Source: Eledone cirrhosa
Taxonomy: Eukaryota
NCBI GenBank assembly: GCA_964016885.1
Contig: CAXHJY010000894.1
Span: 21,102-85,101, forward strand
Length of the DNA: 64,000 bases
Direction of reading: 5' to 3'
A model generated the notes under the pieces. That model did no database searches. It was not told the DNA's origin and saw only the letters and a program-made list of their open reading frames with translations. Positions 50,895 through 64,000 of this stretch are shown here, piece by piece. Made by a program: the position numbers and the translations under genes. Within the stretch, counting starts at the first letter, position 1; the number at the start of each line of letters is the position of its first letter.

Positions 50895-51159
50895 ATGTAT
50901 TATATATATATATATATATTATATATATATATGTATTATATATATATATATATTATATATATATATTATATATATATATATATTATATATATATATATAT
51001 TATATATATATATATATTATATATATATTATATATTATATATATATATATATTATATATATATATATTATATATATATATATATATTATATATATATATA
51101 TTATATATTATATATATAGATATATTATATATATAGATATATTATATATATATATATAT

Positions 51160-51191
<32 letters not shown>

Positions 51192-51256
51192 ATATTATAT
51201 ATATATATATTATATATATATTATATATATATTATATATATATTATATATTATATA

Positions 51257-51298
<42 letters not shown>

Positions 51299-51769
51299 AT
51301 ATTATATATATATATATTATATATATATTATATATATATTATATATATATATATATTATATATATTTATATATATTATATATATATTATATATATATTAT
51401 ATATTATATATATATATATATTATGTATATATTATATATATTTATATATATATATATTATATATATATTATATATATTTATATATACATATATTATATAT
51501 ATATTATATATATTTATATATATATATATTATATATATATTATATATATTTATATATATATATATTATATATATATTATATATATATTATATATTATATA
51601 TATATATATTATATATTATATATATTTATATATATATATATTATATATATATTATATATATATTATATATATATATTATATATTATATATATATATATAT
51701 TATATATATATATATTATATATATATATTATATATATATATATATTATATATATATATTATATATATAT

Positions 51770-51801
<32 letters not shown>

Positions 51802-51971
51802 ATATTATATATATATATATTATATATATATATATTAAATATATATTATATATATATATATATATATTAAATATATATTATATATATATATATATATATT
51901 AAATATATATTATATATATATATATATATATATTAAATATATATTATATATATATATATATATATATTAAA

Positions 51972-52003
<32 letters not shown>

Positions 52004-52034
52004 TAAATATATATTATATAATATATATATATAT

Positions 52035-52071
<37 letters not shown>

Positions 52072-52838
52072 TATATATTATATATATATATATATATATT
52101 AAATATATATTATATAATATATATATATATATATTAAATATATATTATATAATATATATATATATTAAATATATATATATATATTATATATATATATATA
52201 TTAAATATATATATATATATTATATATATATATATATTAAATATATATTATATATATATATATATTAAATATATATATATATATTATATATATATATATA
52301 TTAAATATATATATATATATTATATATATATATATATTAAATATATATATATATATTATATATATATATATATTAAATATATATATATATATTATATATA
52401 TATATATATTAAATATATATATATATATTATATATATATATATATATTAAATATATATTATATATATTATATATATATATATTAAATATATATTATATAT
52501 ATTATATATATATATATTAAATATATATTATATATATATATATATTAAATATATATTATATATATTATATATATATATATTAAATATATATTATATATAT
52601 ATATATATATATTAAATATATATATATATATTATATATATATATATTAAATATATATATATATATTATATATATATATATTAAATATATATATATATATT
52701 ATATATATATATATTAAATATATATTATATATATATATATTAAATATATATTATATATTATATATATATATATTATATATATATATATTAAATATATATT
52801 ATATATTATATATATATATATTATATATATATATATAT

Positions 52839-52882
<44 letters not shown>

Positions 52883-52999
52883 TTCGATATTATATCTATT
52901 ATAGGCTGAATTCGATCAAGCTAATTTTTACTTGTAATATCATCTAAATCTATCTACTAATTTTACTATATATATATATAATATATATATATATATTAT

Positions 53000-53043
<44 letters not shown>

Positions 53044-53199
53044 TATATATATATATATATATTATATATTATATATATATATATATATTATATATTATAT
53101 ATATATTACATATTATATATATATTATATATATTATACAATTCGAAAGTGTTTTTTCGTTATTTCATAGGCTGAAATTCGATTCTCGCTAATTTTTACT

Positions 53200-53260
<61 letters not shown>

Positions 53261-53735
53261 TATATATATATTATATATATTATATATATATTATATATAT
53301 TATATATATTATATATATATATATTATATATATTATATATATATATATTATATATATATATATTATATATATATATATTATATATATTATATATATATAT
53401 ATTATATATATATTATATTTATATATATTATATATATATATTATATATATTATATATTATATATATATTATATATATATTATATATATATTATATATATA
53501 TAGATATATTATATATATTTTATATATATATATATTATATATATATTATATATATTATATATATATTATATATATATTATATATATATTATATATATTAT
53601 ATATATATTATATATATATTATATATATATTATATATATATTATATATATATTATATATATATATAGATATATTATATATATTATATAGATATATATACT
53701 ATATAGATATATTATATATATTATATATATTATAT
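50230..53735. repeat. ~3.5-kb compound (TA)n tract with TATTA and TTAAATA variants and two short related islands (~52878-52965, ~53138-53200)
   Basis: Visible directly. Confidence 0.95.
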
Positions 53736-56700
53736 ATCATCATCATCATCATCACCGTTTTACGTCCGTTCTTCCACGCTAGCATGGGTTAGACGGGGTG
53801 TCCTGTTGTGGGCAGTGTCTGGTCGGCTGACCATGCCTTGCTCATACAGGAACTGATTTGGCTTGATTTCTACAGCTGGATGCCCTTCCTAACACCAACC
53901 TCATTTACAGTGAGTACTGGGTGCTTTTTCGTGGCGCCTACACGTCCACTTTACAGTGTGGGCTGGGTGCTTTTTTGCTGTGGCACCTCCACGACCACCT
54001 TGCAGTGGGGTGAGTGGGGGCATATTGTCTATATGCTTCAGCTTGTACCCATGGGAGGTCTGGTACTCTGTATTAATGCGTGACGCCAGAGGTCATGGTC
54101 GTGTGTCATCGCCTTCGGGAGGGGTAATTGGGTAAGGTCGGCTTTTATCACCTCATCCCAAGTCATCTTGGGTCTCCTCACTCCGCGGTTTCCATCAACT
54201 TCTAGTGCTCTGCACCTTTTTATGCAGCTGTCATCCTTCATACGCATCACCTGTCCATACCAGCGCAACCGCCTCTCCTGCACACAGCATTTGATTCCTC
54301 TTATGCTCAGTCTCTCTCTCAATTCATTTATGCTTTGTTGTTCGCGTATATTACTGTTACATATCCATCGGAGTATGCAGGCTTCGTTTCTCTCTAATCT
54401 ACGTAAGTCTTCCACCTTCAGCGCCCAGGTCTCGCTTCCATGCAGCATCGCTGTTCGGATACACGCATCATACAGTCTGCCTTTCATTTTGAGGGAGAAG
54501 CCTTTTGCAGCTAGCAGTGGTAGTAGTTCCCTACACTTCTTCCATCCCGTTCTTACCCTAGTTATTGTACTTTCTGAACACCCACCTCCGCTGCTAATTC
54601 GGTCACCTAGGTAGCAGAAGCTGTCTACTGTTTCTACAGAGCCCTTTCAGAGATTGTTGGTACTTGTTTCCTGTGGCTGTTTGCTGTTTGCTGTCCCAGC
54701 ACAGCTGCTGCAAGTGAAGCCTACATTCTTAATTAAGCTTCCTGAGATCCCGCTACATCTCTTGTGTACCCATTGTTTGCATTTGGGGCAGAGAATGGAG
54801 TTCCTACCTACACCTTTCCTACATACTGAGCAAGGCCATTTCCCTGAGGGGATCTGGGTTCTGTTTTCTCGTCTACTTACAAGGACCTTAGTCTTTGTCA
54901 TGTTGACTTTGAGACCCTTTCTTTCTAGTCCCTGCTTCCAAGTTTGGAATTTCTTCTCTAGTTCTACCATAGATTCAGCTATAAGTGCGAAGTTATCAGC
55001 GTACAGGAGTTCCCATGGGCATCCGGTCTTAAACTTCTCTGTTATTGCCTGCAGGACTATGATGAAAAGGAGGGGGCTAAGAACAGAGCCCTGGTGGACA
55101 CCAACCTGTACACTAAATTCCTCGCTATACTCATTGCTAATTCTAACTTTGCTGACTGCTCCTCTATACATGGCTTGTACAGCTTTCACAAGCCATTCAT
55201 CTACTCCTAGTTTTCTAAGAGCCCACCAGATTACAGCACATGGAGCTCTGTCAAAAGCTTTCTCAAGGTCAACAAATGGCAGGTAGAGTGGCTTACTTTT
55301 AGCTAGGTACTTTTGCTGTAACTGCCTCACAAGGAAGAGGGCATCAGTGGAGCCTCTTCCTGGTACAAACCCAAATTGCATCTCATCTAGTTTCACCCGG
55401 TCCCTAATCAACTGTGCTATAACTCTTTCTGTTACTTTCATGACCTGGTCCATCAGCTTTATACCTCTATAGTTTCCTCTATCTAGTGCATCACCTTTAC
55501 CTTTGTAGCAGTTGACAATGATGCTACTGCACCAATCTTTTGGTATGACACCTTCTAGTATTACCTGGTTAACAATACGTGTGGTTATAGTGTGACCTAC
55601 AGACCCAGATGCCTTCAGCATCTCGGCAGCTATACCCGATGGACCGGTTGCCTTCCCCATCTTCATACCTTTGATTGCCTTACTTACTACGTTGCTGCTG
55701 ATTTGTACTGCTGGCCCCTCTATAGGGTCTACTTGGGGTTGGGTCTCTTCTTCCCATGCATTCTCCTCATTTAGTAATCTATCATAATGACTCTTCCATG
55801 CATCTTTCTTCTCAGCACTTGTGATGGCAAGCTCACCTTTATCATTCTGGATACACTTCTCCCCAATGACATCACAATTCTCTCTGACACACTGCCTCGC
55901 AATCTTGAACACCTCCTGTTTCTGGTCCTCAAGTTGCAAAACATGCTTGAATTTTCTATCCTCTGCTTCCCTCCTAGCTAAGTATACTTGTCGCCTAGCT
56001 TCCCTCTTGGTCTCTATGTAATGTACCCTGCTCCCCCCGTTCTTCCATTCTTTCCATGCCTGTCTCTTGGCCTTAACTGCCTCATCTACCTTATTGTTCC
56101 ACCACCAAGTCACACTCCTCCTGCTTGAGGTCTTACACCAGCCACAGACCTCATCCGTCGCCTCTAGCAAGTTATTTTTTAGGAACTCCCAGTTTTCTTC
56201 TACATTGAATGTCTCTATCTGTTCTTCTTTACTGTCGTAGGCGTTGAGTAAAATATCTTTAAATCTGTTACTGGTTGAGGGGTCTTTCAGCTTCCAGATC
56301 TTTCTTCTCCAGGTTGGCCTCTGTTTCCAGGTTCATCTAGTTCAGACTGTGAGGTCGTTGTCAACTAAGCTATGTTGGGATGTACATTCCTCACTAGGGA
56401 AGGCTTTTGTGTTTACGACCGTCCATCTGTCACGTCCTCTGATGAGGATAAAATCTATCTGACTAGAGTGCTCCCCTGATCTATAGGTGATCAGGTGGTT
56501 GTCGAGTTTTTTAAAGTTTGTATTACATATCGACATGTCATTGGCGTTGCAGAATTTTAGAAGTCTGAATCCTTCCTCATTTCTTGTGCCAACCCCATGG
56601 CCTCCATGTACTCTATTGAAGCCGTCGCAGTGGTTACCTACGTGTCCGTTAAAATCTCCTGCGATGATTAGGAAGTCATTGTCGTCTGTTAGAGCAGTAG

Positions 56701-56886
56701 TGTGCATTAGAGACTCGTAAAACCTATCCTTAAGTTCGTCTGGCAGCCCCGATTGGGGTGCGTAAGCTGATATTATTGTGCCATCGTCATTTCCCACCCA
56801 GAAAAATGTGTAGCACCGACTTTTTCCTACAAGGACTCTAGCAGACTCTCCTCTCCATCTAGTCTCTTGCACACAGCATACATCAA
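53736..56886 (-). mobile_element. RTE family 1 copy, 5'-truncated, with an in-frame endonuclease deletion and frameshifts
   Basis: ORF pieces 56342..56992, 54647..56170 and 54038..54487 closely match 27489..30467. GNDDG joins directly to TIISAYAPQ; YADD has become YADN; (TGA)n tail. Confidence 0.95.
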
Positions 56887-56932
56887 TATATATTATATAT
56901 ATATTATATATTATATATATATTATATATATC

Positions 56933-57253
56933 GGAGGCACATGGCTTAGTGGTTAGAGCATTGGCCTTGCAATCGAAAGGTTGTGAGTTCAATTCTCAGA
57001 CCGGGTGATGTGTTGTTTCCTTGAGCAAGACACTTTATTTCACATTGCTCCAGTTTACTCAGCTGTAGAAATGAGATGATAGGGACAGGGTTCCCTATCA
57101 TTCCACTGCAAAGTGGTCGTGGAGGTGCCACGGCAAAAAAATGAGGTTGGTGTTAGGAAGGGCATCCAGCTGTAGAAATCAAGCCAGCATCATTTCTCGT
57201 CCCACCCTTGCAAGCAGGGAAAAAGCGGACATAAAATGAAATGATGATGATGA
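56933..57253 (+). mobile_element. SINE family A
   Basis: Head, CORE-like centre and RTE tail present; small internal deletion. Confidence 0.9.
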
Positions 57254-57295
57254 TATATATATATATTATATATATATTATATATATAATATATAT

Positions 57296-57330
<35 letters not shown>

Positions 57331-57748
57331 ATATATATATTATATATATTATATATATATTATATATATATATATATTATATATATATTATATATATATA
57401 TATATTATATATATATTATATATATATGTATTATATATATATTATATATATATGTATTATATATATATTATATATATATGTATTATATATATATTATATA
57501 TATATGTATTATATATATATTATATATATATATTATATATATATGTATTATATATATATATATTATATATATATATATTATATATATATATATTATATAT
57601 ATATATATTATATATATATATATTATATATTATATATATTATATATTATATATATATATATTATATATATATATATTATATATATATGTATTATATATAT
57701 ATATATTATATATATATATATTATATATATTATATAATATATATATAA
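57254..57748. repeat. (TA)n-rich tract
   Basis: Visible directly. Confidence 0.95.
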
Positions 57749-60175
57749 CATTATCTAGATATAACATTAAATCTCAACACATGTCTTCACTATCCATTTC
57801 ACAAGTTGAATGAAAACTTAAACTATGTCAGCTTTAACTCTAACCACCCCAAATCTGTTAAAAATACTATAGTAAACTCTGTTCAATCACGTATCTCTAG
57901 AATCTCATCTAATAAAAAGATTTTCGACGAAAAAGCCCATTATTACAATGAAGCGTTAGCTAGAGCAGGATATAGTGATAAAATTATGTACATAGATAAT
58001 GATAAACAAATTAAACAAAATAACAACTATTTTAATTATGGCCACAACCTTAACAACTATAATAGAAAGCATTACAATAATTCCAAAAGCCATAAAAGAA
58101 ATAGAACTAGGAATATAATATGGTTTGCCCCCCCTTTCTCACTAAACATTAAAACCCACATTGCTAAACTATTTTTTAAAGCTCTCGATAATCGCTTCCC
58201 TAGAACACATAGGTATCACTCAATTTTCAATAGACATACTATAAAACTAACCTACTCATCCACCAAAAATTTAGCGCAAAATATTAATAGAATAAATAAC
58301 AGGAACTTAAAACCTAGCGATAATAGCATAAATAATATCCAAGTTAACAAATGTAACTGTAGAGATAGATCTAAATGTCCCTTAAATAACAACTGCTTAG
58401 TTAAAAATATAATATACAACTGTAATGTTAAAACGGACGTTAATTCTTTTAACTACGTTGGTTCTACATCGACGGAATTTAAACTTCGCTATAACAACCA
58501 CAAGAATTCTTTCACAGATCCATCCAAAAAATCTTCAACAGCACTATCAGGCGTACTCTGGCAACTTAGGCATGATAACGTTAGATATTCGACGACTTGG
58601 AATATAGTTTCAAGGGGGATTCCTTTTAATTCATCCTCTGAGACATGTGACCTCTGTGCAGAGGAGATATTCTTTATACTAAAATCTAAAAATTCCCTTA
58701 ATCTACGGACAAATTTATTCAGTTGATGCAGACATAGATTGAACTCAACGTTTAAATATAAATTTAAATTTAAAATGTAATTATGTTTGTTTTGATTTGA
58801 TTTGTAATTATTTATGAAACTAGCCGATAAATCTTTCGATTTCTTCTTTTTATTAAACATTCTTTTTATTAAAACATTCTTCATGAATAATTAAACTACC
58901 CTAAAAGCTGATGCTCCAAATATATCGAATTAAATTTTAAACTAGATAAACTTCTATATTATATATAAGAACTTATGTAGACCAAATGGGTATCCTAAAC
59001 TTTTGGAATGATTTCTGCTAGACAGGATTTGGTAAACAATTTTTGTTTTATCTGTTTCGACTCTGATGCTTATGATGATCTTGGCAATATATTGTCAATT
59101 AACTTTGAAAGGCTGATCTCTGTGTTTTATTTGTATTATTTTTTAATATTTTTTAATATTTTGTAATATTTTTTATTTTTAATATTAAATGTTTTAGTTT
59201 TCTGTTTATTTATTTATTTATTTTCTTGTCTCTGATATTTTTATTTTTATTTTTATTTTTATTTTTATTAATATATTGAAATCTGTTCTCTATTTCTGCT
59301 TGATCGACAATCAGGTAGAATAAAGACAAGAATAATATTGTTAAAATTAATATAGACTCTATATATATATGTGTATATATACACACATATATGTATACTT
59401 GAATTTTTATAGCACAACGAGAATGTTTTCGTGTGAATTGGGAGTTTGTTTATAATTATGATATAAACATATGAATTTTTAAAAACTAGACATAAGATCA
59501 TTACTTTTCACACATTATAGATACATGTCTCATTCATGAATACTGGTACTTACATTATAATGCCTGTTTTATACGAACTAATATTTTCTACGGATAAAAC
59601 ATAGTGGTTTTAAATTCTGCATCGTTTATGTCTGGTTATGTTTCATTTTCTCCTTTTCATTCTCTCTTTTTTCTCTCTATATAACGGCTATTTTCTCTCT
59701 TAACTACATACATCTCTCTTTACATTAATACTAGAGCTAAATAAATAAATAAATAAATAAATAAATGTATCAACCGATACTCAACTTCCTAATTTCTCTA
59801 TCTATCTCTATCAATCTCTTTCTTTTTTCCTCTCTCTATATATATTTCTCTCTGTTTCTTTACATGAAGTTCTTCTCTTTATCTATCTTTCTATATCCCT
59901 CTATTTAGTCACATGCATTTCTTCTTTTTCTTCGTTTCTCTTTCTTTCTCTCTTTATCTCTTTCTTTTTACAACTGTCCACATTTTTTACTACCAAATCA
60001 ACCTCCCAAATGCAAGGTGATTGAAAGGTATGTCGTATCTATTTATTTATAAGACTGTTTATATTGTAATTTTGTCTGAAGATGGCATAACATATTGTTA
60101 ATATGATATCCCTGAAATATATATAACAAAATAAATATGGTTTTATAAATATAGTTTCCATTTATTTAATATCAT
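57749..60175 (+). mobile_element. 5'-truncated PLE (RT thumb + Cys linker + GIY-YIG, ORF 57806..58726), same broad group as 38523-41552
   Basis: SNHP, ALARAGY, IWFAPPFS, CNCRDRSKCPLNNNC, IIY..YVGST, CDLCAEE; long 3' UTR; terminal hammerhead. Confidence 0.9.
60069..60132 (+). ncRNA. Type-I hammerhead ribozyme at the PLE 3' end
   Basis: attttgt-CTGAAGA-tgg...cct-GAAA-t-atat-a-TA-acaaaat; perfect 7-bp stem I; predicted cut after 60125. Confidence 0.78.
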
Positions 60176-60344
60176 ATATTATATATATATATATTATATA
60201 TATATTATATATATTATATATATATATTATATATATTATATATATTATATATATTATATATATTATATATATATATTATATATATATATATATTATATAT
60301 ATTATATATATATATATTATATATATTATATATATTATATATAT

Positions 60345-61872
60345 GCTTTCGACAGTAAGGAAGAGCAATTAGAATCGTACAATATAGAGGAACAGTGGGA
60401 ATTCCTGAAAGCAAACCTGCTGATGCCGGCAGACGAAGTCTGTGGCTGGACCAGGCCTGTAGGTAGGAGGAGAGTAACATGGTGGTGGAATAGTAAGGTG
60501 GAGGGGTCAATTAAGGCCAAAAAGCAGGCTTGGAAAGTATGGCGGGATGGGGGAAGCAGAGAAGACTATCAAGTGGCCAGGAGGGAAGCTAGGAGACAAG
60601 TATACTTCGCAAGAAGGGAAGCTGAGGAAAGAAAGTTCAAGCATGTTCTACAACGCGATGACCAAAAACGTGAGGTGTTCAGGATTGCTAGGCAATGCGT
60701 CGAGGAAAACCGTGATATTGTCGGGGAGAAGTGTGTACTAAACGACGATGGCACACTTGCCATCACCGACGCTGATAAGAAGGTAGCTTGGAAGTGTCAC
60801 TATGAAAGGCTACTAAATGAGGAGAATAAATGGGAGAAAGACAGTCTCCCCCATATCGACCCAATAGAGGGACCAGCAGTGTTAGTCGAGGGGAGTATAA
60901 TAAGTAAGGCAATCAAGGATATGAAGACGAGTAAGGCGGCTGGGCCTTCGGAAATAGTTGCTGAGATGCTGAAGGCATCTGGCACGGTGGGACACACCAT
61001 GGTCACCCGCATAGTTAACCAAGTCGTACAGAATGGGGTTGTTCCGAAGGACTGGCATAGCAGCATCATCGTTAACTGTTATAAGGGTAAAGGAGACGCC
61101 CTAGATAGGAGTAACTATAGAGGCATTAAATTAATCGACCAGGTCATGAAGGTCACGGAAAAAGTAATAGCGCAACTAATCAGAGAGAGAATTGACCTAG
61201 ATGAAATGCAGTTCGGGTTTGTGTCAGGCAAAAGTACCACAGACGCTCTTTTCATAGTACGACAACTACAGGAGAAGTACCTAGCTAAAGGTAAACCCCT
61301 CTACTTAGCTTTTGTCGACTTGGAGAAAGCCTTTGACAGAGTCCCCCGCTCCATTATCTGGTGGGCTCTTAGAAAACTAGGCGTTGACGAATGGCTTGTG
61401 AGGGCTATACAAGCCATGTATAAAGAAACAGTCAGCAAGGTTAGAATTAACAACGAATATAGTGAAGAGTTTAGCGTAAAAGTTGGCGTCCATCAGGGCT
61501 CTGTTCTCAGCCCCCTACTATTTATTATTGCCCTTCAGGCTATCACAGAGGAGTTCAAGACAGGCTGCCCATGGGAACTCCTATACGCAGACGACCTGAC
61601 ACTCATAGCGGAATCATTGGACGAGCTAGAGAAGAAATTCCAAACATGGAAGCACGGCCTAGAGTCAAAAGGACTTAAAATTAACCTGGCTAAGACCAAA
61701 GTACTAGTTTGTAGGAAAGAAAACAAGGTGGCGGTCCCTTCTGGGAAATGGTCGTGCTCGGTGTGTAGGAAAGGCGTAGGTAGAAACTCCATTTTATGTC
61801 CTAAATGCAAAGTATGGGTGCATAAAAGATGTAGTGGGATCACAGGTAAGCTAACTAAGAACATAGATCTAT
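60345..61872 (+). pseudogene. Central segment of an RTE (linker + RT + partial PHD), inverted relative to its 5' part
   Basis: ORF 60423..61874: VTWWWN, QFGF, DLEKAFD, LYADD, CSVC..CPKCKVWVHKRC; stops at the ATAGATCTAT junction. Confidence 0.92.
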
Positions 61873-62760
61873 AGGTGATCAGGTGATTGTCACGTTTTTT
61901 GAAGTTAGTGTTACAGATAGTTAGGTTATTTGCATCACAGAATTCCAGGATTCTGGAGCCTTCCTCATTTCTAGTACCAAACCCATAGCCTCCATGGATT
62001 TCGTCGTAGCCGTCACAATGTTGTCCAACGTGACCATTTAGGTCGCCTGCAATAATTATATAGTCACTGTCGGATATTTGGGAGGTAGTTAGCATCAGTG
62101 TCTCATAGAATCTGTCTTTTATAGTGCCGGGCAGTCCGGATTGGGGTGCGTACGCAGATATTACTGTCACCGTAGTTCTATTGAGGACAAGTCGTATTTT
62201 AATTATTCTGTCGTTCACTCTATTTACGTCTATTATCTTATCTGCCCACTTTTCTGCTACCATGATTCCTACTCCACCCAGCCCATCGTCGTTTCCCACC
62301 CAGAAAAGCTTATAACATCGTTTTTTACCCTCAATGAACCTAGCAGACCCACCCCTCCACCTGGTCTCTTGAATACAACAAACATCGACCTCCTTACGTT
62401 CAAGCATTTCTACAACCTCGTTAGCGCGACCCTTTAGGGTGCCTACATTTATGGTACCAACTCTGATGTTTTGGATTGCGTTTGGGGGTGGGGGGCGGGG
62501 GGCTATGGGGTTATGTTAGCCGTCCGCGGTCGAAACAATGAGTGCTCGCATTCTCGTCCAAGAGGTGAATTTGTCTTTATCTTTGGCATTGTCGCTGAGC
62601 GTCCAGATTTTTCTCTCTCTCTCCTCCACTCTCCAGGATTCCGCAGTCCATCCATCCATCATATATCGAAAGGCAACCAGGCAAGCGATAGTATAGGCCT
62701 CTGGCTTCTGATTGGTCCGCGTAATAATACTGGTGATGCGTGGGGGCTCTGGCTTATGAA
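61863..62760 (-). pseudogene. 5' UTR + endonuclease segment of the same RTE lineage
   Basis: IRVGTINVGTLKGRANEVVEMLERK, IQETRW, SAYAPQ, GDLNGHVG, NHLITYRS; GC-rich leader containing CCAATCAG. Confidence 0.9.

Positions 62761-64000
<1,240 letters not shown>

Noticed and set aside
58724-58726. In-frame TGA before CRHR in the PLE endonuclease as possible selenocysteine
   Set aside because: It aligns with a non-Cys position (LFSLCLHK in the related copy) and the neighbouring Cys is intact; most likely a nonsense mutation.
61535-62407. 290-aa ORF as a novel fusion protein
   Set aside because: Endonuclease N-terminus reading through the inversion junction into antisense RT sequence.

Overview
AT-rich, repeat-saturated eukaryotic DNA. 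The mix of RTE LINEs, tRNA-derived SINEs, Penelope-like elements (PLEs) and very long (TA)n tracts suggests an invertebrate, plausibly an octopus or other coleoid (inference only). The window is probably mostly intron of a + strand host gene, with one credible coding exon at 3604-3821 and a possible alternative first exon at 43141-43196. Most ORF-track entries (Y/I/C/V/H/T-rich) are microsatellite translation artefacts. Recognisable elements: four long RTE LINE copies carrying a PHD-type finger inside the RT, three GIY-YIG PLE copies plus remnants, a decayed CR1-like LINE, three SINE families, several MITE-like elements, and a 17-copy minisatellite built from a SINE interior. The main signal is a set of type-I hammerhead ribozyme motifs (CUGANGA...GAAA-palindrome-UH with a closing stem I) at PLE 3' ends. 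Many sit in fold-back insertions in microsatellites, including a small palindrome with hammerheads on both strands (4401-4690) and two diverged insertions that fold back at the same point of a half-hammerhead (15267-15459, 33138-33330). All RNA structures were paired by eye, not computed, and boundaries of decayed elements are approximate.
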